Shown: positions 54,501 through 64,000 of the stretch, in pieces | Numbering within the stretch: position 1 is the stretch's first letter | How the letters are laid out: every line of letters begins with the position of its first letter | From: Centroscyllium fabricii | Taxonomy: Eukaryota | Assembly: GCA_051313645.2 (NCBI GenBank) | Contig: JBNRSN020000089.1 | Location: 2,852,001-2,916,000 of the forward strand | Reading direction: 5' to 3' | DNA length: 64,000 bases | Position numbers and translations under genes: made by a program | Notes under the pieces: model-generated | The model's database searches: none | The model's input: only the letters and a program-made list of their open reading frames with translations | Told to the model about the DNA's origin: nothing

Positions 54501-57500
54501 ATACATCAGACAATGTCCATCTGTGTACAATACATCAGACAATATGCAACTGTGTACAATACATCAGACAATGTCCATCTGTGTACAATACATCAGACAA
54601 TGTCCATCTGTGAACAATACATCAGACAATATCCAATTGTGTACAATACTTCAGACAATGTCCATCTGTGTACAATACATCAGGCAATGTCCATCTGTGT
54701 ACAATACATCAGACAAATGTCCATCTGTGTACAATACATCAGACAATATCCATCTGTGAACAATACATCAGACAGTTTCCATCTGTGAACAATACTTCAG
54801 ACAATATCCATCTTTGTACAATACATCAGAAAATGTCCATCTCTGAACAATATATCATACAATATCCATCTGTGTACAATACATCAGACAATGTCCATCT
54901 GTGAACAATACATCAGACAATGTCCAACTGTGTACAATACTTCAGACATTGTCCATCTGTGTACAATACATCAGATATTATCCATCTGTGTACAATACAT
55001 CAGAAAATGCCCATCAGTGTACAATGCATCAGACAATGTCCATCTGTGAACAATACATCAGACAATATCCATCTGTGTACAATACATCAGACAATATCCA
55101 TCTGTGTACAATACATCATAAAATGTCCAACCGTGTACAATACATCAGACAATATCCATCTGTGTACAATACATCAGCCATTATCCATCTGAGAACAATA
55201 GAGCAGACATTATCCATCTGTGTACAATACCTCGGACATTGTCCATCTGTGAACAATACACCAGACATTATCCATCTGTGTACAATACATCAGACAACAT
55301 CCATCTGTGTACTATAAATCAGAGAATGTCCATCTGTGTACAATCAATCAGACAATATCCATCTGTGTACAATACGTCAGAGAACGTCCATCTGTGTAGA
55401 GCACATCAGACAATATCCATCTGTGAACAATACATCGGACAATGTCCATCTGTGTACAATACATCAGACAATATCCAGCTGTGTAGAATACATCAGACAA
55501 TGTCCATCTGTGAGCAACACATCAGATAATGTCCATCTGTGTACAATACACCAGACAATGTCCATCTGTGTACAATACATCAGACAATATGCAACTGTGT
55601 ACAATACATCAGGCAATGTCCATCTGTGTACAATACATCAGACAATGTCCATCTGTGAACAATACAAAAGACAATATCCATCTGTGTACAATACTTCAGA
55701 CAATGTCCATCTGTGTACAATACATCAGAGAATGTCCATCTGTGTACAATACATCAGACAAATATCCATCTGTGTACACTACATCAGACAATATCCATCT
55801 GTGAACAATACATCAGACAGTTTCCATCTGTGAACAATACATCAGACAATATCCATCTTTGTACAATACATCAGAAAATGTCCATCTCTGAACAATATAT
55901 CAGACAATATCCATCTGTGTACAATACATCAGACAAATGTCCATCTGTGTACAATACATCAGACAATATCCATCAGTGTACAATACATCAGACAATTTCC
56001 ATCTGTGTACAAAACATCAGACAATATCCATCTGTGAACTATATATCAGAAAATGTCCATCTGTGCATAATACATAAGACATTATCAATCTGGGTACAAT
56101 ACATCTGACATTATTCATCTGTGTAAAATACATGAGACAATATCCATCTCTGTATAATGCATCAGAAAATGTCCATCTGTGTACCATACATCAGACATTA
56201 TCCATCTGTGAACAATACATCAGACAATATCCATCTGTGTACAATAAGTCAGACAATATCCATCTGTGTACAATACATCAGAAAATGTCCGTCTGTGTAC
56301 AATACATCAGTCAATATCCATCTCTGTACAATACATCAGACATTATCCATCTGTGAACAATACATCGGACATTATCCATCTGTGTACAATACATCAGACA
56401 TTTTCCATCTGTGAACAATACATCAGACATTATCCATCAGTGTACAATACATCAAACAATATCCATCTGTGTACAATACACCAGAGAATGTCCATCTGTG
56501 AAAAATACATCAGACAATATCCATCTGTGTACAAAACATCAGAAAATGTCCATCTGTGAACAATACATAAGACATTATCCATCTGTCTACAATACATCAG
56601 ACATTATCCATCTGTGTACAATACATGAGAAAATGTCCATCTATGTGCAATCTATCAGACAATATCCATCTGTGTACAATATTTCAGAAAATGTCCATAT
56701 GTGTACAGTACATCAGACATTATCCATCTGTGAACAATAATTCAGACAATGTCCATCTGTGTACAATACATCAGACAATATCCATCTGTGTACAATACAT
56801 CAGACAATGTCCATCTGTGAACAATACATCAGACAATGTCCATCTGTGGACAATACATCAGTCAATGTCGATCTGTGTACAATACATCAGACAATATGCT
56901 TCTGTGTACAACACATCAGACATTGTCCATCTGTGTACAATACTTCAGACAATGTCCATCTGTGAACAATATATCAGACAATATTCATCTGTGTACAATA
57001 CATCAGACAATGTCCATCTGTGTACAATACATCAGACAATGTCAATCTGTGATCAATACATCAGACAATGTCCCTCTGTGTACAATACATCAGTGAATGT
57101 CCATCTGTGTACAGTACATCAGACATTATCCATCTGTGAACAATACTTCAGACAATGGCCATCTGTGTACAATACATCAGACAATATCCATCTTTGTACA
57201 ATACATCAGACAATGTCCATCTGTGAACAATACATCAGACAATGTCCATCTGTGGACAATACATCAGACAATGTCGATCTGTGTACAATACGTCAGACAA
57301 TATGCATCTGTGTACAATACATCAGACAATGTCCATCTGTGTACAATACATCAGACAATGTCCATCTGTGAACCATACATCAGACAATATCCATCTGTGT
57401 ACAATACATCAGACAATGTCCATTTGTGTACAATACATCAGACAATGTCCATCTTTGAACAATATATCGGACAATGTCCAACTGTGTACAATACATCAGA

Positions 57501-60500
57501 CTTTGTCCATCTGTGTACAATATATCAGATATTATCCATCTGTGTACAATACATCAGAAAATGTCCATCTGTGTACAAAGCATCAGACAATGTCCATCTG
57601 TGAACAATACATCAGACAATATCCATCTGTGTACAATACATCAGACAATATACATCTGTGTACAGTACATCAGAAAATGTCCATCCGTATACAATACATC
57701 AGACAATATCCATCTGTTTACAATACATCAGCCATTATACATCTGTGAACTATAGAGCAGACATTATCCATCTGTGTACAATACATCGGACATTGTCCAT
57801 CTGTGAACAATACACCAGACATTATGCATCTGTGTACAATACATCAGACAATATCCATCTGTGTACTATAAATCAGACAATGTCCATCTGTGTACAATCC
57901 ATCAGACAATATCCATCTGTGTACAGTACGTCAGAGAACGTCCATCTGTGTAGAGTACATCAGACAATATCCATCTGTGAACAATACATCGGACAATGCC
58001 CATCTGTGGACAATACATCAGACAATGTCGATCTGTGTACAATACGTCAGTCAATATGCATCTGTGTACAATACATCAGACAATGTCCATCTGTGTAAAA
58101 TACATCAGACAATGTCCATCTGTGAACCATACATCAGACAATATCCATCTGTGTAGAGTACATCAGACAATATCCAGCTGTGTAGAATACATCAGACAAT
58201 GTCAATCTGTGAGCAATACATCAGACAATGTCCATCTGTGTACAATACATCAGACAATGTCCATCTGTGTACAATACATCAGACAATATGCAACTGTGTA
58301 CAATACATCAGACAATGTCCATCTGTGTACAATACATCAAACAATGTCCATCTGTGAAAAATACATCAGAAAATATCCATCTGTGTACAATACTTCAGAC
58401 AATGTCCATCTGTGTACAATACATCAGACAATGTCCATCTGTGTACAATACATCAGACAAATGTCCATCTGTGTACAATACATCAGACAATATCCATCTG
58501 TGAACAATACATCAGACAGTTTCCATCTGTGAACAATACATCAGACAATATCCATCTTTGTACAATACATCAGAAATGTCCATCTCTGAACAATATATCA
58601 GACAATATCCATCTGTGTACAATACATCAGACAAATGTCCATCTGTGTACAATACATCAGACAATATCCATCAGTGTACAATACATCAGACAATTTCCAT
58701 CTGTGTACAATACATCAGTCAATATCCATCTGTGAACAATATATCAGAAAATGTCCATCTGTGCACAATACATAAGACATTATCATTCTGGGTACAATAC
58801 ATCTGACATTATCCATCTGTGTAGAATACATCAGACAATATCCATCTCTGTATAATACATCAGAAAATGTCCATCTGTGTACCATACATCAGACATTATC
58901 TATCTGTGAACAATACATCAGACAATATCCATCTGTGTACAATAAATCAGACAATATCAATCTGTGTACAATACATCAGAAAATGTCCTTCTGTGTACAA
59001 TATATCAGACAATATCCATCTGTGTACAATACATCAGACATTATCCATCTGTGAACAATACATCGGACATTATTCATCTGTGTACAATACATCAGACATT
59101 TTCCATCTGTGAACAATACATCAGACATTATCCATCTGTGTACAATACATCAGACAATATCCATCTGTGTACAATACACCAGAGAATGTCCATCTGTGAA
59201 CAAAACATCAGACAATATCCATCTGTGTACAATACATCAGAAAATGTCCATCTCTGAACAATACATAAGACATTATCCATCTGTCTACAATACATCAGAC
59301 ATTATCCATCTGTGTACAATACATGAGAAAATGTCCATCTGTGTGCAGTCCATCAGACAATATCCATCTGTGTACAATATATCAGAGAATGTCCATCTGT
59401 GTACAGTACATCAGACATTATCCATCTGTGAACAATAATTCAGACAATGTCCATCTGTGTACAATACATCAGACAATATCCATCTGTGTACCATACATCA
59501 GACAATGTCCATCTGTCAACAATACATCAGACAATGTCCATCTGTGGACAATACATCAGAAAATGTCCATATGTGTACAGTACATCAGACATTATCCATC
59601 TGTGAACAATACTTCAGACAATGTCCATCTGTGTACAATACATCAGACAATATCCATCTGTGTACAATACATCAGACAATGTCCATCTGTGAACCATACA
59701 TCAGACAATGTCCATCTGTGGACAATACATCAGACGATGTCGATCTGTGTACAATACATCAGACAATATGCTTCTGTGTACAACACATCAGACAATGTCC
59801 ATCTGTGTACAATACATCAGAGAACGTCCATCTGTGTAGATTACACCAGAAAATATCCATCTGTGAACAATAGATCAGACAATGTCCATCTGTGTACAAT
59901 ATATCAGACAATATCCAGCTGTGTAGAATACATCAAACAATGTCCATCTGTGAACAATACATCAGACAATGTCCAGCTGTGTACAATACAACAGAAAATG
60001 TCCATCTGTGAACAATACATAAGACATTATCCATCTGTCTGCAATACATCAGACATTATCCATCTGTGAACAATACATCAGACAATGTCCATCTGTGGAC
60101 AATACATCAGACAATGTCGATCTCTGTACAATACATCAGACAATATGCTTCTGTGTACAATACATCAGACAATGTCCATCTGTGTACAATACTTCAGACA
60201 ATGTCCATCTGTGAACAATACATCAGACAATATTCATCTGTGTACAATACATCAGATAATGTCCATCTGTGTACAATACATCAGACAATGTCCATCTGTG
60301 ATCAATACATCAGACAATATCCCTCTGTGTACAATACATCAGACATTGTCCATCTGTGTACAATACATCACACATTATCCATCCGCGTACAATACATCAG
60401 AAAATGTTCATCTGTGTACAATACATCAGTTAATTTCCTCTGTGAACAATACATCAGACAATATCCATCTGTGTACAAAACATCAGACATTGTCCATCTG

Positions 60501-63361
60501 TGAACAATACATCAGAAAATACCATCTGTGTACAATACATCAGACATTGTCCGTCTGTGTACAATACATCAGACAATGTCCATCTGTGAACAATACATCA
60601 GACAATGTCCATCTGTGTACAATACATCAGACAATGTCCATCTGTGAACAATACATCAGACAATATCCATCTGTGTACAATACATCAGACAATGTCCATC
60701 TGTGAACAATACATCAGACAATGTCCATCTGTAAACAATACATCAGACATTGTCCATCTGTTTACAATACTTCAGAGATTTTCCATCTGTGTACAATACG
60801 TCAGACATTGTCCACCTGTGTACAATGCATCAGACAGTATCCATCTGTGTACAATATATTAGACAATGTCCATCTGTGAACAATACATCAGACAATGTTC
60901 ATCTGTGTACAATACATCAGACAATATCCATCTGTGAACATTACATCAGACAATGTCCATCTTTGTACAATATATCAGAAAATTTCCATCTGTGAACAAT
61001 CCATAAGACAATATCCATCTGTGCACAGTAAATCAGACAATGTGCATCTGTGTACAATAGATCAGAAAATGTCCATGTGTGATCAATACATAAGACATTA
61101 TCCAACTGTGCACAATATATCAGACATTATCCATCTGTGTACAACACATCAGAAAATTTCCATCTGTGAACAATACATAAGACATTATCCATCTGTGTAC
61201 AATAAGTCAGACAATGTCCATTTGTGAACAAAACATCAGACAATATCCATCTGTGAACAATACATCAGACAATGTCCATCTGTGTGCAATACTTCAGACA
61301 ATTTCCATCTGTGTACAATACATCAGACAATATCCATCTGTGTACAGTACTTCAGACAAAGTCCATCTGTGTACAATACATCAGAAAATATCCATCTGTG
61401 TACAATACAACACACAATGTCCATCTGTGAACAATACATCAGACAATGTCCATCTGTGACAATAAATCATACAATGTCCATCTGTGTACATTACATCAGA
61501 CAATGTCCATCTGTGTACAATACATCAGACAATGTCCTTCTGTGTAGAATACATCAGACAATGTCCATCTGTGTACATTACATCAGAAAATGTCCATCTG
61601 TGTACAATACATCAGACATTTTCCATCTGTAAACAATACATCAGACAATAACCATCTGTGTACAATACATCAGACAATATCCACCTCTGTACAATACATC
61701 AGAAAATGTTCATCTGTGTATAATACATCAGACAATATCCACTTGTGTACAATACATCAGAAAATGTCCATCTGTGTACAATATATCAGACAATATCCAT
61801 CTGTGTACAATACATCAGACATTATCCATCTGTGAACAATACATCAGACATTATCCATCTGTGTACAATACATCAGACATTGTCCATCTGTGAACAATAC
61901 ATCAGACATTATCCATCTGTGTACAATACGTCAGACAATATCCATCTGTGTACAATACATGAGAAAATATCCATCTGTGTGCAATCCATCAGACAATATC
62001 CATCTGTGTACAATACATCAGGGAATGTCCATCTGTGTACAGTACATCAGACATTATCCATCTGTGAACAATACTTCAGAAAATGTCCATCTGTGTACAA
62101 TACATCCGACGATATCCATCTGTGTACAATACATCAGACAATGTCGATCTGTGAACAAAACATCAGACAATGTCCATCTGTGGACAATACATCAGACAAT
62201 GTCGATCTGTGTACAATACGTCAGACAATATGCTTCTGTGTACAATACATCAGACAATGTCCATCTGTGTACAATACATCAGACAATGTCCATCTGTGAA
62301 CCATACATCAGCCAATATCCATCTGTGTACAATACATCAGACAATATCCATCTGTGTACAATACATCAGACAATGTCCATCTGTGAACAATACATCAGAC
62401 AATGTCCAACTGTGTACAATACATCAGACATTGTCCATCTGTGTACAATACATCAGATATTATCCATCTGTGTACAATACATCAGAAAATGCCCATCAGT
62501 GTACAATGCATCAGACAATGCCCATCTGTGAACAATACATCAGACAATATCCATCTGTGTACAATATATCAGACAATATCCATCTGTGTACAATACATCA
62601 GAAAATGTCCAACCGTGTACAATACATCAGAGAATATCCATCTGTTTACAATACATCAGCCATTATCCATCTGTGAACAATAGAGCAGACATTATCCATC
62701 TGTGTACAATACCTCGTACATTGTCCATCAGTGAACAATACACCAGACATTATCCATCTGTGTACAATACATCAGACAATATCCATCTGTGTACTATAAA
62801 TCAGACAACGTCCATCTGTGTACAATCAATCAGACAATATCCATCTGTGTACAATACGTCAGAGAACGTCCATCTGTGTAAAGTATATCAGACAATATCC
62901 ATCTGTGAACAATACATCGGACAATGTCCATCTGTGTACAATACATCAGAAAATATCCAGCTGTGTAGAATACATCAGACAATGTCCATCTGTGAGCAAT
63001 ACATCAGACAATGTCCATCTGTGTACAATACACCAGACAATGTGCATCTGTGTACAATACATCAGACAATATGCAACTGTGTACAATACATCAGACAATG
63101 TCCATCTGTGTACAATACATCAGACAATGTCCATCTGTGAACAATACATCAGACAATATCCATCTGATAACAATACTTCAGACAATGTCCATCTGTGTAC
63201 AATACATCAGACAATATCCACCTCTGTACAATACATCAGAAAATGTTCATCTGTGTATAATACATCAGACAATATCCACTTGTGTACAATACATCAGAAA
63301 ATGTACATCTGTGTACAATATATCAGACAATATCCATCTGTGTACAATACATCAGACATTA
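39593..63361. repeat. 29-bp satellite array, block 5
   Basis: Continuous 29-bp periodicity with recurring higher-order variant blocks. Confidence 0.99.
42732..45435. repeat. Tandem duplication, period 1334 bp (46 monomers); boundaries approximate
   Basis: ORF pairs 42849/44183, 43060/44394, 43244/44578 and 43824/45158. Confidence 0.82.
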
Positions 63362-63968
63362 CAAAAGTAGGGAGGTAATGTTAAACCTGTATAACACACT
63401 GGTGAGACCTCAGCTGGAGTACTGTGTGCAGTTCTGGTCACCGCACTACAGGAAGGATGTGGCTGCCCTGGAGAGGGTGCAGAGAAGGTTTACCAGGATG
63501 ATACCTGGTCTGGCGGACCTATGCTACGAGGAAAGGCTGGACAGGCTGGGGTTGTTTGCCTTGGAGAAAAGAAGGTGGAGGGGTGACATGATTGAGGTGT
63601 ACAAGATCATGAGGGGACACGATAGGGTAGACAAAGTGGCATTGTTTCCCCTGGTGGGAGAGTCAAGCACTAGGGGACATAGATTCAAGATCAGGGGGGG
63701 GGGAGGTTTAGGGGGGAGGTAAGGAGAAATTTCTTTACCCAGAGGGTGGTGGAAGACTGGAACTCCCTGCCTGTGAGGGTGGTGGAGGCAGGAACCATCA
63801 CAACATTTAAAAAATACTTGGACCAGCACATGAAGGACCATAACATACAGGGTTATGGGCCAGGTGCGGGCAACTGGGGTTAGAACAGTGAGGAGTTTTT
63901 CTGGGCCGGTGCGGACTGGATGGGCCGAATGGCCCTTATCCGCACTGTAAAATTTCTATGATTCTATG
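63362..63968 (+). mobile_element. CR1 LINE copy 3, heavily 5'-truncated (~0.6 kb; ORF2 C-terminus + 3' UTR)
   Basis: YKSREVMLNLYNTLVRPQLEYCVQFWSP..., closer to copy 2 than to copy 1. Tail ATTCTATG; direct repeat ATTA at 63358-63361 and 63969-63972. Confidence 0.96.
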
Positions 63969-64000
63969 ATTATCCATCTGTGAACAATACATCAGACATT
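63969..64000. repeat. 29-bp satellite resumes
   Basis: ATTATCCATCTGTGAACAATACATCAGACATT. Confidence 0.95.

Noticed and set aside
1228-63361. CRISPR-like array (29-bp partially palindromic repeat)
   Set aside because: No unique spacers, no cas genes, and the context is vertebrate retroelements.
1412-63378. Hundreds of Cys/His-rich ORFs (VYNTSDNVHLCTIHQTMSICVQYIRQCPS repeats) resembling zinc-finger or repeat proteins
   Set aside because: 29 is not divisible by 3 and the consensus top strand lacks stops, so all three frames give the same 29-aa repeat. The ORFs overlap in every frame and end at the common TGTGAAC variant. There is no frame-specific conservation.
63362-63968. Copy 3 as a deleted duplicate of copy 2
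   Set aside because: Different flanking variant context, TSD and tail length, with its own empty-site paralogue near 61821.

Overview
Eukaryotic (vertebrate, probably cartilaginous-fish) heterochromatin. About 52 kb of the 64 kb is one head-to-tail 29-bp satellite (consensus TCCATCTGTG[T/A]ACAATACATCAGACA[A/T]T[G/A], roughly 1,800 monomers) with kb-scale higher-order duplications. Retroelements interrupt it: the 3' end of a Gypsy element (integrase, PPT, 3' LTR; 1-1227), three independently inserted 5'-truncated CR1 LINEs (5788-9166, 30529-33854, 63362-63968), and a 1.7-kb solo LTR present twice through a 2703-bp tandem duplication. No host gene is evident, and the hundreds of Cys/His-rich ORFs are satellite translation artefacts. 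Two observations stand out. All three CR1 copies sit in the same orientation at the same phase of the monomer (GAC^AWTATCC), suggesting a satellite-targeting CR1. The CR1 ORF1/ORF2 junction carries an in-frame T TTA AAC -1 slippery heptamer in both long copies.
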